This document shows positions 28,584 to 37,835 of a stretch of 46,228 nt of DNA, piece by piece. This stretch comes from a virus. Taxonomy: Duplodnaviria > Caudoviricetes. The notes under the pieces are model-generated. The model had not been told where the DNA came from. It ran no database searches and saw only the letters and a program-made list of their open reading frames with translations. The position numbers and the translations under genes were made by a program. Where the stretch lies: positions 1 through 46,228 of the IMG/VR virus record IMGVR_UViG_3300049003_000010; one strand, given 5' to 3'. How positions within the stretch are numbered: position 1 is the stretch's first letter; every line of letters starts with the position of its first letter.

Positions 28584-28829
28584 TTACGCTTCACGGTCTG
28601 CACGCTCCTTGGCCAATGCGGCCTCTCGTTCTGCCTGGGCTTCCTGTTCCTTACGGTATAGCTCTTCGCGCTCCTTTTCCTGCTTCGCAGCTTCGGCGAG
28701 AGCTGCTTCCTGCTCTTCACGAACCTTGTCCTGCATCTTCTGATCCTTGACGCAGAGTCGCGATGCATCTGTCTTGCACTGCGGGTCTACAGGACACTTG
28801 CCGTCACTAGCATGGATGCACGTGACCAT
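28584..28829 (-). CDS. Cys-containing hypothetical protein with a charged coil
   Basis: TGATG-coupled to queC; CIH...C...C...C then an EKA-rich helix. Confidence 0.65.
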   Translation of the reverse strand: MVTCIHASDGKCPVDPQCKTDASRLCVKDQKMQDKVREEQEAALAEAAKQEKEREELYRKEQEAQAEREAALAKERADREA

Positions 28830-29575
28830 CAGTTGTTAGCCTCCTCGAGAGCCTTGATCCAGTAGGTGTTGTCTTCGTACAGACTGAGCGGGAAGAGGAC
28901 TGCTGCACGATCGGTACTCGGGTGCATCTGGGCTGCAGCTGTGGTCGACCAGATCGCTTCCATGCGCTCGACGCACGTTCCGCACTTACCGCAGTGCTTG
29001 GCGCCTCCCTTGTAGCAGCTCCACGTCTTGTCGTAGTCGTACGCGAGATCGACTGCACGCTGTGCGATGTAGTTCTTGTCCTTACGACTGTAAGGTGCCA
29101 AGATGTGCATGAAGCCTTCGTTGCCGAGCGTGAATGCGTGCGACAGCTCGTTGATGAACTCCGGTCGGCAGTCCGGGTAGATGAAGTGGTCACCTCCGTG
29201 TACTGCCGTAGCGATCCACGGAATCGTACGACTCACAGCGATTCCACAGGCAATCGACAACATGATCGCATTGCGATTCGGGACGATCGTCGCCTTCATG
29301 TTGTCTGCAGCGTAGTGACCCTCTGGAATATCCGTGCTCTCGTCGAGCAGTGCGCTACGCAGTCGACCTGCCATGTCGCTTAGGTCGATCGTGTCATGCT
29401 GCCAACCGTTCAAGTGGGCATGAGCTGCTGCGAACTCCAGTTCCTTGCTGTGCTTCTGCCCGTAGTTGAAGCTGACTGCACTAACCCGGTATCCTTGCTC
29501 CTGCAGATCGTATGCGAGAGTCGTGCTGTCGAGTCCGCCCGACATGACAACGAGTGCGCGAACGTTATCAGACAT
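28829..29575 (-). CDS. queC: 7-cyano-7-deazaguanine synthase
   Basis: SGGLDS, YGQKH, PNRN, YPDCRPEF, TWSCY...CGKCGTC. Confidence 0.95.
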   Translation of the reverse strand: MSDNVRALVVMSGGLDSTTLAYDLQEQGYRVSAVSFNYGQKHSKELEFAAAHAHLNGWQHDTIDLSDMAGRLRSALLDESTDIPEGHYAADNMKATIVPNRNAIMLSIACGIAVSRTIPWIATAVHGGDHFIYPDCRPEFINELSHAFTLGNEGFMHILAPYSRKDKNYIAQRAVDLAYDYDKTWSCYKGGAKHCGKCGTCVERMEAIWSTTAAAQMHPSTDRAAVLFPLSLYEDNTYWIKALEEANN

Positions 29576-31757
29576 TTGCAACCAGCCTTTCACCCTTGGT
29601 GCCCGGAATACGCTGACGTGTGATCACGTTGCGCTGTTCGAGTGTAGTGAGCGCATCTTCGATCTCTCGTGCGCTCAGGTGGTACGAACGCATCAGGAAC
29701 GATCGTTCGACTCCTGCATCGCCTCGCTTACGGATTGCTCCGACAAGGAGCTCTAGCTGCCTCTCCGTCTGTCCCTTCCCAACGCTATCCATGATATCGA
29801 TCACACATGCGCGCCATGCCTCTCCGTAGTATGCGGCCTTGATGATGTCAGCCTCAGTGACTTCGATGTCCCCCTCGGCAAGCTTCCTTGATGCGGCAAC
29901 GAGCACACTAGCCTTCAGGATACTCTTGCTCAGCCGGTCGAAGGTGGGCGTCATGATCTCTGGCCGTGCTGAAGCGATTCCGGCTTCCAGCATTGCGGCT
30001 TCGATACGGTTATATCTTGCCCACGCATCTTCGTTCAGCTGCGCGATCCACTCTCGGGGGCGCGTTGTCTTAACTGCTCCGTCGAGGACACTAATCTCTT
30101 CCGGCGTACCGTAGTGCGCCTTCATGTCCATCAGTTCGTTCTTGATAGCCTCCCGATTGCCTTGTGACCGATGCGTTGGAGGGCCGAGTGGCTTAAGGCG
30201 AGAAACATCTGACTCGGCAGTGATAAATACGAAGCGAGGCATAAAGCCAGACGAAACATGTTCCACCTTCAGCAGCTGAGTCATCCTGTTCTTAATGCCG
30301 CCAGCGAAGACGATCAGGACCGGATCCTTGATCTCGATCGTCTCCTTGCGGAGGACTCGCTTCTGCATCTTGCCATCGTACAGCTTGGTGAAGAGCTCCG
30401 GCATACCTGCGTAGTAGTCACGTTTCACGATCATCTCTAGCAAGCCGGTAAACTCGTCCCGGAGGAACACGCTCGGGCGCCGAGGACGGGTCTGAAGCGA
30501 TGTCATTAGGCCTTCGATAGAACCATCTGTCGCGAGCACCGCGTCGGAGTCGATCTCGGCAATCAGATCCATCGCTATGTCCATCGCAGTGGTCTTGCGA
30601 GTCAAAGTCGTGTCTGCGAGGATCATAAACCACAAGTTCGGCTGGATCACTCCAAAGCTGGTTGGCAATCGGACAGCCCCGGAAAGAACCGATGAAAGAG
30701 CAATAAAAGCACCCGCCTGATGGTACTGCGGAGCAGCGTCGCCGAGTTGCTTGGCCCATTCGATGTACCTCTCAACGAAGGTAATATCCTCCTGACTCTT
30801 CAGTCTTTCGTCTTCTGACAGGAGGGGAATCGACTTCGGATTGCCAGCGATCTGTTGTTCGACAGTAGGCGCCTTGAGATTGGCATCGTGCCTAGCACTA
30901 GCCTTGACTACCTCCTTCCACAGGAGGATTGGCGGCTTGCTGTCTCTGCGGTACTTGTTGCATGCTGCCTCGTTGGCAACGATGAAGACCTGCTCCTTGG
31001 TGAGTCCGCTCTCGAAGAGGGACATCTCCAAGTTCCACAGGGCCTTAGACCAATCGCCATCAGGTTCGACTTCGAAGAGACGATGCACCATCGGGTTGAG
31101 CTGACTACGGTAGAACGCGAAGATGTCCTCGACCGACTCGTCGGGGAGCTCCTCTGGCATGGGCTCGTCTGCCATAACATAGCCAGGAGGAGTCGGGTAT
31201 GCGCCGAAGTCAACTAGTTCGTACTTGTTGCGCGTCGCCTTGAGAATCTTGACCTGGTCGTTGCCGTGCTTGTGATTGGTAGTAAACGGGATACGGAGGA
31301 GCTGAGTGAGGTCCCAACCGCTTCGATCCGCTCCTTCTTCATGATGATAATAGGCAATCCGACGGCTGAGGTCTTCAGCCTCATTGGGATCAACATCCCG
31401 ATCGAAGAGCCAGTAAGCCTGGTAACGTCCCGGCGAGGACTGCACTGCGATGGAAGGAGCAACGAGAAGGTTCTCCGGCTTACACTCGTCGAGATCAGCC
31501 CATGCGTTGGGTGTGACCGAGACAAGGTCCTTATGACGACGCTTCTCCCGAAAGAGATGCGGACAGAGGTAAGCATTGGTCCCTACTGACTCCTTCTCGA
31601 TCGCAAAGAGGATCTCGGGCATCTGTTCAGGGTAGCGGAAGAAATGTTCGCGGAAGGACTTCTTGTCAGGGGTAGCGAACGCCAAGCACAAGAATCCCTC
31701 GTTTCGACCGAACAGCAGCTTGAGGAAGACTTCCTGCAGTTCGCTTATGTCAGGCAC
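29568..31757 (-). CDS. Primase (RepB-type) fused to a helicase-like ATPase (DUF3987-like)
   Basis: WADLD, QSSPGRYQAYW and LRIPFTTNHK primase motifs; C-terminal RKTT and LRDEF motifs. Confidence 0.85.
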   Translation of the reverse strand: MPDISELQEVFLKLLFGRNEGFLCLAFATPDKKSFREHFFRYPEQMPEILFAIEKESVGTNAYLCPHLFREKRRHKDLVSVTPNAWADLDECKPENLLVAPSIAVQSSPGRYQAYWLFDRDVDPNEAEDLSRRIAYYHHEEGADRSGWDLTQLLRIPFTTNHKHGNDQVKILKATRNKYELVDFGAYPTPPGYVMADEPMPEELPDESVEDIFAFYRSQLNPMVHRLFEVEPDGDWSKALWNLEMSLFESGLTKEQVFIVANEAACNKYRRDSKPPILLWKEVVKASARHDANLKAPTVEQQIAGNPKSIPLLSEDERLKSQEDITFVERYIEWAKQLGDAAPQYHQAGAFIALSSVLSGAVRLPTSFGVIQPNLWFMILADTTLTRKTTAMDIAMDLIAEIDSDAVLATDGSIEGLMTSLQTRPRRPSVFLRDEFTGLLEMIVKRDYYAGMPELFTKLYDGKMQKRVLRKETIEIKDPVLIVFAGGIKNRMTQLLKVEHVSSGFMPRFVFITAESDVSRLKPLGPPTHRSQGNREAIKNELMDMKAHYGTPEEISVLDGAVKTTRPREWIAQLNEDAWARYNRIEAAMLEAGIASARPEIMTPTFDRLSKSILKASVLVAASRKLAEGDIEVTEADIIKAAYYGEAWRACVIDIMDSVGKGQTERQLELLVGAIRKRGDAGVERSFLMRSYHLSAREIEDALTTLEQRNVITRQRIPGTKGERLVANV

Positions 31758-31846
31758 ATGCCCCCCTGTCGTTAGTGGGCTGAGGCCGCTAGCTTACTTA
31801 GGCTGCGTTGCTTAGCCGGACTACCGGCACCCCAGCAGTTCAGGTG

Positions 31847-32338
31847 TTACGGGAGGAGCGAGCTGCTCTTGCCGCCCCCACTGCTGCTACCTGCGAGAGT
31901 GCTCGTGCCGCTCTCCAGCTTGTAGAAGCGCTTGACGTTGTTGCGGTCGTCGTGCTGCTTCTCGTTGCCGTCTCGGTCCTTGTACGTCCCGGCCTTCTCG
32001 AACATGACCTTGACGATGAGCTCCTTGTTCAGGAGGTCGTCGATCTCGAAGTCCAGCTCGTTGCCGGTCGTCTCGTACCCGAGAGCCTCCAGGATGCCCT
32101 TGAGCGTGAACAGCGCGTGCGGGAGGAGGGACGCGATCGCCCAGACCTTCCGACCTTCGTACTCACCCGACTGCACGGTGAACTCGAAGTTGATGTACTG
32201 CGCACCAGCCGTCGACTGGCTGTCTCGGATCTCTGCATCCGTGATCGCGACGTGGTACTTGCCAGTCGGCAACGGGTCGAGTCCGAGAGACGATCCGCCG
32301 TAGGTGCTGGTGTCGGTGAAGTTGACCTTGATACCCAT
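31847..32338 (-). CDS. ssDNA-binding protein (DUF669-like)
   Basis: PLPTGKYHVAITDAE...GEYEGRKVW; follows the AAA ATPase gene. Confidence 0.75.
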   Translation of the reverse strand: MGIKVNFTDTSTYGGSSLGLDPLPTGKYHVAITDAEIRDSQSTAGAQYINFEFTVQSGEYEGRKVWAIASLLPHALFTLKGILEALGYETTGNELDFEIDDLLNKELIVKVMFEKAGTYKDRDGNEKQHDDRNNVKRFYKLESGTSTLAGSSSGGGKSSSLLP

Positions 32339-32346
32339 GATGTGTG

Positions 32347-33177
32347 TCAGCTCGCTTTCGCAGTGGTCGGATTGGGTGCGGTAAGAGTGGACAGGTCGTC
32401 CTCTTCCGCCTCAGGCAATTCCTGTCCTCCGATGATGGCCGCGTAGAGCTTGGACATCGTCGGATCTTCCATTACGACAGGTAGCCTGGCTGTGCGGTCC
32501 TTAGCGATGATCGTCTCCGTAGGAGATGACAACAGGAGCCGCTTCTCTACGTCGTCCACACGCTTGATGTAGTAGTACAGGACTACATCGAGGAACGCAG
32601 GGACTTCCGCAGCCACCTTACCGGAGAGCGAAGGCATCGTCTTCGACTTCCCAGTTCGGGGGTTCTTGTCCTCCTTGGACAGCGAGGTGAAGATGGCGTT
32701 CATCGGCAGATCACGGAAGCCTCTTACGAAGCGTCGGATCTGTTCGATGTTCTTCCCCCACTCTCGCATGCCAGGGACGTCTGGATCGACCTCGTCGCCC
32801 TTCTTCTCGATGAGGTCAAACATGATCTGCATCATGCTGAACTTCTGGATCTCAGTCAGCGAGTCCAGAATGACCGTCTGGTACTTGTGACGGCCGGCAT
32901 GAAGCTCGTCGTACACCTGTTGCATCTCGTTCCACGTCTTCACGCGGACGACATCAACGTTGGGGTACGCGTGTCTGAGGGACTCAGTCCCACCCTCCAC
33001 GTCAACAACGAGCGTTGGGCTCATCTCGGTGACAACGTCTGCTGAGCCAGCAAGCGTAGTCTTCCCGATACCCGAGTCGCCGTAGATGAGGAGGTTGAGG
33101 AACTGTCCTCTCTCCTGTGCCTTGGTAACCCGAAGACCTCCGAGGCTACCAGGAACCAGATCAGGACCCGCCATCAC
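32347..33177 (-). CDS. AAA/Sak4-like recombination ATPase
   Basis: YGDSGIGKTT, ILDSLTE and AKDR motifs. Confidence 0.85.
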   Translation of the reverse strand: MMAGPDLVPGSLGGLRVTKAQERGQFLNLLIYGDSGIGKTTLAGSADVVTEMSPTLVVDVEGGTESLRHAYPNVDVVRVKTWNEMQQVYDELHAGRHKYQTVILDSLTEIQKFSMMQIMFDLIEKKGDEVDPDVPGMREWGKNIEQIRRFVRGFRDLPMNAIFTSLSKEDKNPRTGKSKTMPSLSGKVAAEVPAFLDVVLYYYIKRVDDVEKRLLLSSPTETIIAKDRTARLPVVMEDPTMSKLYAAIIGGQELPEAEEDDLSTLTAPNPTTAKAS

Positions 33178-33310
33178 CGAAGAACTCCCTGATGCAGACG
33201 GGGCAGATGTCCTTGCCGTCCAGCTCTCGCCAGCCGCCTTGCTGCCTGTGGTTGCGGTTCGTCAGCTTGCGCTTCTGTTTGCACTTGTCGCAAGTCTGTG
33301 TTACCTCCAT
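33161..33310 (-). CDS. Small zinc-ribbon protein (49 aa, not in ORF track)
   Basis: MEVTQTCDKC...GGWRELDGKDICPVC. Confidence 0.7.
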   Translation of the reverse strand: MEVTQTCDKCKQKRKLTNRNHRQQGGWRELDGKDICPVCIREFFGDGGS

Positions 33311-33315
33311 CACAG

Positions 33316-33381
33316 TCAGTGATCCGAACACTGGCAGGTGCAGGGCTCTTCGTCATTCAGATGTTTCAGGCATGAACACAT
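33316..33381 (-). CDS. Cys/His-rich micro-protein (21 aa)
   Basis: MCSCLKHLNDEEPCTCQCSDH after an ACAGGGAGAGAG RBS; paralogous motif at 38088..38159. Confidence 0.6.
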   Translation of the reverse strand: MCSCLKHLNDEEPCTCQCSDH

Positions 33382-33420
33382 GCTCTCTCCCTGTGGTGTG
33401 GTTTCTTTTTGCGCCGAGAG

Positions 33421-34578
33421 TTACTCTGCGGACTTAGAGTCCGTTGACGCTTCCTCTCGGACGTAGTAGTGCTCTCGCCGCTCGAAGAGGGTATTGAGAG
33501 CGTACACGTAGTCTTCACGGTTGTTCTGTCCCATGCAAGGAGTACGGAAGGCACAGAACGTACAACCGAAGCGACCAGGTGAGGGGTAGATCCGAGTCTT
33601 GGGATCGATCATGTCGAGAGCTTCGAGCCCGATGTTGCGAGCGATCTCTTCCAGTTCCGCTGGCGACTTGTGGATCTGGAACCGCTGAACGTAGAGGCTG
33701 CCCTCGTCTTCGAGGAACTTCAGCATGTCGTCGTACAAGCCTTCCTTGTACGCCTCTTCGTCCCCTGCCTTGATCGCTTCGAGGTACAGTTCGTAGTTCG
33801 TGTCCTGCTGCTTGTTCTTACTGAAGATGCAACCTAGCCGCCGAACCTTATTCTTGGTGGGCGGAAGGGGGAAGCCCTTCTTCATCTCGTGGTAGATGAA
33901 GCCTCGTACAGGAAGACCGAGGACGTTCATTGCCCAGACGTAGGAACCGATCTGATCGTCAAGGTAAAGGAATTCATCGTTCTGACTAAGACTACGTGCG
34001 GTCTTCCAGTCGATGACCCAGTAGTCTTCGTGCTCATCTTCACCCAGCGCGTCCAGTCTTCCGGCGTACACCACAGGAGCATCCGCGGGATGCCTGCATA
34101 CCGGATTAGAACACGTAAGCGGTTCTCCGGTCTCCGGATGCATGATTGGAACTTGGAAGCTAACTTCCACTCGGACGGGTCGCCACTTGCTATCGTATCG
34201 AGGAGATACCCGCTCTGCATGATACTTGATCATCCCCTTACCGAGGGCGACACGTTCGTCGTAGTCTTCCTGAACCTCATTGTCCAGGTAGGCGATCTCA
34301 CCCTGTGCGAGGAACTTCTTCCTCTGAGCTTCGACCTTATTGACGAAGGCAGCTGTAGCCAGTTCGCCCTTAGTCTCCGTATCCATGAACCAGGTGTCAG
34401 GGTTGTAGAAGACTTCCATTGCCTCGTGGTAAGCCACGCCGAACTCAAGCGGCTTGGCTGTCATGATGGGGTAGTAGTTCTGCTGGAAGATCCAGTCCCA
34501 CCGTCGGCGGCAGGCTCGGAAGGAGCGGCGCTCTGACGTGTGGATCTCGTGGACTTCTGTACGTGCTAGAGCTGGCAA
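33421..34578 (-). CDS. Cas4/RecB-like PD-(D/E)XK exonuclease
   Basis: SERRSFRACRRRW, GRLD, VIDWKT, QIGSY, CTFCAFRTPC. Confidence 0.88.
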   Translation of the reverse strand: MPALARTEVHEIHTSERRSFRACRRRWDWIFQQNYYPIMTAKPLEFGVAYHEAMEVFYNPDTWFMDTETKGELATAAFVNKVEAQRKKFLAQGEIAYLDNEVQEDYDERVALGKGMIKYHAERVSPRYDSKWRPVRVEVSFQVPIMHPETGEPLTCSNPVCRHPADAPVVYAGRLDALGEDEHEDYWVIDWKTARSLSQNDEFLYLDDQIGSYVWAMNVLGLPVRGFIYHEMKKGFPLPPTKNKVRRLGCIFSKNKQQDTNYELYLEAIKAGDEEAYKEGLYDDMLKFLEDEGSLYVQRFQIHKSPAELEEIARNIGLEALDMIDPKTRIYPSPGRFGCTFCAFRTPCMGQNNREDYVYALNTLFERREHYYVREEASTDSKSAE

Positions 34579-34619
34579 CGTTCCCCCTGAGCGGCTTGTC
34601 TTTCTGCGGCTTAGTTACA

Positions 34620-34649
34620 ATTATATATGAACCCTTTGTGTCCTCACAA
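34620..34649 (-). promoter_or_regulatory. Promoter P2 (replication/modification operon)
   Basis: TTGTGA-N18-TATAAT. Confidence 0.75.
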
Positions 34650-34659
34650 GCGGGACTAA

Positions 34660-34863
34660 TCAGATTCTTTTGTTGCCTTTGTCCCTAATGGCCTCGTTGT
34701 GATACCGGCAAGCCTTGTGGCTGGCTGCCTTGAAGAGGCGCTGCCCCTCCTTGCAGCAGTACAAGAACCCATCGCCGCCATCGATAGGCTTCTTGTTCTT
34801 CGCCAAGCCCCAGGCATGCCAGTCGATGTTCTTGGCGTCGACGTCGTCCTTACGAATTCTCAC
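34660..34863 (-). CDS. Hypothetical protein
   Basis: GTGA-coupled start with AGGAG RBS. Confidence 0.6.
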   Translation of the reverse strand: MRIRKDDVDAKNIDWHAWGLAKNKKPIDGGDGFLYCCKEGQRLFKAASHKACRYHNEAIRDKGNKRI

Positions 34864-35213
34864 TGGTCTACTCCTACCGCTCGTGCTGCGCCAATGATGT
34901 GGTTGGGTGCGAGAAGGTTCACGCACGATGACAGCAGACTGTTCAGGTTCGTTCCCCAAGCCTTGGTCGGCTTCTTGCAAGAGCCACAGACCCACCAGCC
35001 GTACTTCTTACCACGAGTCCAGCCAGCTTGAGTCTTCTTGCCTCGATGGCCAGCAGGCTCGTCATCGCAGAACTTAGTAGGGACGGCGAACATCCCTGCG
35101 ATGCTTGCCCCCTGTGGTACGAATGGGTACCCGTGCGTTTCGACGGTCTGCATTTCTTCTGTCAGCCGTTGTGCTGCCTCGTTGTCCTCGATAGCGAGTA
35201 CGACGTACCTCAT
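34860..35213 (-). CDS. Hypothetical zinc-binding protein
   Basis: KFCD...GWTRGKKYGWWVCGSCKKP. Confidence 0.7.
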   Translation of the reverse strand: MRYVVLAIEDNEAAQRLTEEMQTVETHGYPFVPQGASIAGMFAVPTKFCDDEPAGHRGKKTQAGWTRGKKYGWWVCGSCKKPTKAWGTNLNSLLSSCVNLLAPNHIIGAARAVGVDQ

Positions 35214-35298
35214 CTAGCCACTTCTCCTGTTCAACGTAGATTGCCAGGAGGGCAACCCCTACCCATAAGATAAGGGCTGCCGCTCCCAGCAATGTCAT
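35074..35298 (-). CDS. Small membrane protein
   Basis: N-terminal TM; long overlap with the next gene. Confidence 0.45.
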   Translation of the reverse strand: MTLLGAAALILWVGVALLAIYVEQEKWLDEVRRTRYRGQRGSTTADRRNADRRNARVPIRTTGGKHRRDVRRPY

Positions 35299-35299
35299 G

Positions 35300-35533
35300 T
35301 CAGCCTGCTTCGACTTCCTTCAGGAAGCCCTTACCTGCTTCGTACTCGTCTGGCTTGCAGTCACTGGGACAGCCGTTGTCCTTGTACTCGTGGTAGTGCA
35401 CGACACTGTCTTCAGGCGACCGTCTGTCCAGTGCTCTCCGCTGCGCCTCCTCTAGCACCTGCGACTTCGCTACGTTGCCCGAGACGAAGTAGTGATGCGC
35501 CTTACGGTATCTCTGTCGCGTCAGTTCAGCCAC
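35300..35533 (-). CDS. Hypothetical protein
   Basis: 77 aa with HYH...GCPSDC; tightly packed with neighbours. Confidence 0.6.
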   Translation of the reverse strand: MAELTRQRYRKAHHYFVSGNVAKSQVLEEAQRRALDRRSPEDSVVHYHEYKDNGCPSDCKPDEYEAGKGFLKEVEAG

Positions 35534-35738
35534 GGAGGCCCTCTAGTTCCTGTTCGATGTTGTCGGTGTCGTGACGGTAGGGAGCTCGCAGCTGAGGCAT
35601 CGGCTCCCTGTGGTGCCTGAGGCTCGGCGACAGTGCTCGCAGCACCATGATCAGGATCTTGTAGTTGAAGTACCCCGACACGAGATGCCCCATGACACTC
35701 ACTGCCAGAATGATGACGAGCACGTTCGTTGTATCCAT
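35526..35738 (-). CDS. Small membrane protein
   Basis: Hydrophobic N-terminal half; TAATG coupling. Confidence 0.6.
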   Translation of the reverse strand: MDTTNVLVIILAVSVMGHLVSGYFNYKILIMVLRALSPSLRHHREPMPQLRAPYRHDTDNIEQELEGLRG

Positions 35739-35902
35739 TACTTGGCAACCGTCCTCAGCGTCTGCAGCATGTGGCTAACCGTTCCATCTCTCGGCCCTGT
35801 GGATGTGTCGCCCTTGTCCCAAGCAGTGAGCGCCTCGATCAGGGCACGCATCTCGTTCTGATCGACAGTGATCGTGTACTCGGTAGTCCTCGTAGCGTCC
35901 AT
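35738..35902 (-). CDS. Hypothetical protein
   Basis: ATG 2 nt after the upstream stop; 54 aa. Confidence 0.55.
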   Translation of the reverse strand: MDATRTTEYTITVDQNEMRALIEALTAWDKGDTSTGPRDGTVSHMLQTLRTVAK

Positions 35903-35904
35903 GA

Positions 35905-36423
35905 TTATAGTCCCGCCAGTCGCTGCATGATGGCCTCGATCTCTTGACCGTACGTTGGTGATGGTGCCCATCTGGTTCCGAGGTCTGACCAGTTCTCACA
36001 CCACTGTCCCTTGACCAGGCTGTAGCGTGGGTCGACGATCAGCTCGTATACGGTGAGCGGCCAACCAGCGTAGGCACGAAGGTGCTGAGCTTGTGCTATG
36101 GCACCAACTCTCCAGTTGGCGAACTGCGCATGAGCTAGCGGACGATCTCCGTCGTTGAGACCTGGATAGAACCCTACCGTTCGTGTCTTGATGCCAGCAG
36201 TGTTGTAGAACTCTGGCTTGACGTTGCCTGTGAAGTTGCCTGCTCCTGTCTCCTTGAACGACTGGGCAACCATCCCCACAGGGTCGATGCTGAGCGTTCG
36301 CGCTTCGCCCCATAGTGAGTCGAACATCTCACCCAGGAAGCGTGGATGGATTCCTCCTGCGATGATGCCAAGCTGTCGCCTGACGTTGTCCTCTGTTGCC
36401 GACGGTGGTCCGATGATCCTCAC
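35905..36423 (-). CDS. Glucosaminidase (GH73-like) peptidoglycan hydrolase
   Basis: IDPVGMVAQSFKETG, NTAGIK, QHLRAYAG, LGTRWAPSPTYG; GTGA-coupled to the helicase gene. Confidence 0.8.
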   Translation of the reverse strand: MRIIGPPSATEDNVRRQLGIIAGGIHPRFLGEMFDSLWGEARTLSIDPVGMVAQSFKETGAGNFTGNVKPEFYNTAGIKTRTVGFYPGLNDGDRPLAHAQFANWRVGAIAQAQHLRAYAGWPLTVYELIVDPRYSLVKGQWCENWSDLGTRWAPSPTYGQEIEAIMQRLAGL

Positions 36424-37835
36424 TTGTCCCCCAGCATCTGCTTCAGCCAGCTCCACTTGGTCTCGATCTGTGTACGTCGTCCGAGGTCGATCGTTTGGTG
36501 CGCCATGATGTCAATCACCTGCACTGCGTTCTTCTGTCCGATCCGATGCAGACGATCCTCCGCCTGACGATTCATCGACGGGCTCCACGCTCGATCCAGG
36601 AAGACAACCGTAGAGGCTCGGGTAAGGGTGATCCCTACACCGCCAGCTGCGATGGTGCCAGCGAACACCTGGAAGCGGCCCGCCTGGAAGCCTGCGATCA
36701 TCTCGGCTCGATCCTTCTGCTTCGTCTCCCCTGTCAGCGTCGCTAGCTTGATCCCTTCCTTCTTGCATCGTTCCTCCAGCAGTCTGATGCTGCCCTTGAA
36801 CTGACTGAACACGACGATGGGCTCGCTGTCGAGATCGGTGTCGAGAAGCAGCTCCATGAGCCGGTCGATCTTCGAGGACGGGTCGACCATCCTTACCACG
36901 GGGGCTTCGTAGGTCTCTCCTGTCTCCTTGACTACCTTCGTCGCATACCCTGTGACCTCTGCGCTAGCGATCGCGAACTGTTGAAGCCGGACGAGCTGAG
37001 CGATGACGACCGATGCGATCAGCGGCCGCTCCATGTCTTGCTTGCCAACCCAGGCGATCAGTTCCTTCTTCATGTCGTTGTACGACCGTCGCTGCGTTGG
37101 CGACAGATCCACCCAGAGATCGGTGTAGTACTTCTCCGGGAGGTCCTTGAGCACGTCCTCCTTGCGTCGACGGATGTACCATGGCTCCATCTCTTCATTC
37201 AGGCTCTCGATGTTCTTCACACCGGTGACCTTCATGTAGCCGCCTGGTGCCTGCTCGATGATGCAGTAGTGCTTGACGAAGTTCCAGTAGCTCCTGTAGA
37301 AGCTTGGCCATAGCCAGTTGAGGATCGACCAAGCATCCTGCGGCTGGTTCTCCGCCCATGTACCACTCAAGGCGGTCTTGAACTCCGTACGCAGAGACTT
37401 GAGTGCCTGTGTCTGCTGCGCCTTCCGGTTCTTCGCCCTGTGGACTTCGTCCGCGATGATGTGGAACCAGTCGACGTCCTTCAAGCCCTTCATGAGTCGC
37501 AGTGACTCCCAGTGACAGATGAAGTAGCCAGGCTTCCTACCGTCGCTGGCTGCCTTCTCGAACGCTGTCCTGTTCTTAGGGTTGATCACGTATACAGGAA
37601 CGTCGCCCGCTTGGGAAGCGATCGCTCGCTGCCACGCGCCGTCATCGATGACTGCCTTCGGCACGATGACCAGCGTCTTGAGTCGTCCTGGCTGAGCATC
37701 ACGTCGGTTGCAGAGATCAAGTTCGACGCCGATGAGCGTCTTACCTAGCCCCATGTCGTCGCCGCACAGCCGTGCCTGCTGCTTTGACAGTTTCTTGATC
37801 GCTTCCTTCTGGAAGTCGAACGGTTCGAGCCTCAC
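36420..37835 (-). CDS. SNF2-family helicase
   Basis: DDMGLGKT, DEVHRAKN, LSGT, QAEDRLHRIGQ. Confidence 0.93.
   Translation of the reverse strand: MRLEPFDFQKEAIKKLSKQQARLCGDDMGLGKTLIGVELDLCNRRDAQPGRLKTLVIVPKAVIDDGAWQRAIASQAGDVPVYVINPKNRTAFEKAASDGRKPGYFICHWESLRLMKGLKDVDWFHIIADEVHRAKNRKAQQTQALKSLRTEFKTALSGTWAENQPQDAWSILNWLWPSFYRSYWNFVKHYCIIEQAPGGYMKVTGVKNIESLNEEMEPWYIRRRKEDVLKDLPEKYYTDLWVDLSPTQRRSYNDMKKELIAWVGKQDMERPLIASVVIAQLVRLQQFAIASAEVTGYATKVVKETGETYEAPVVRMVDPSSKIDRLMELLLDTDLDSEPIVVFSQFKGSIRLLEERCKKEGIKLATLTGETKQKDRAEMIAGFQAGRFQVFAGTIAAGGVGITLTRASTVVFLDRAWSPSMNRQAEDRLHRIGQKNAVQVIDIMAHQTIDLGRRTQIETKWSWLKQMLGDK

Noticed and set aside
31779-31836. Long imperfect hairpin between the SSB and primase genes
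   Set aside because: Plausible attenuator or mRNA stabiliser but unremarkable, with no family-defining features.
33421-34578. Cas4-like gene suggesting CRISPR
   Set aside because: No repeat-spacer array or other cas genes seen; it belongs to the usual exonuclease-ATPase-SSB recombination module.
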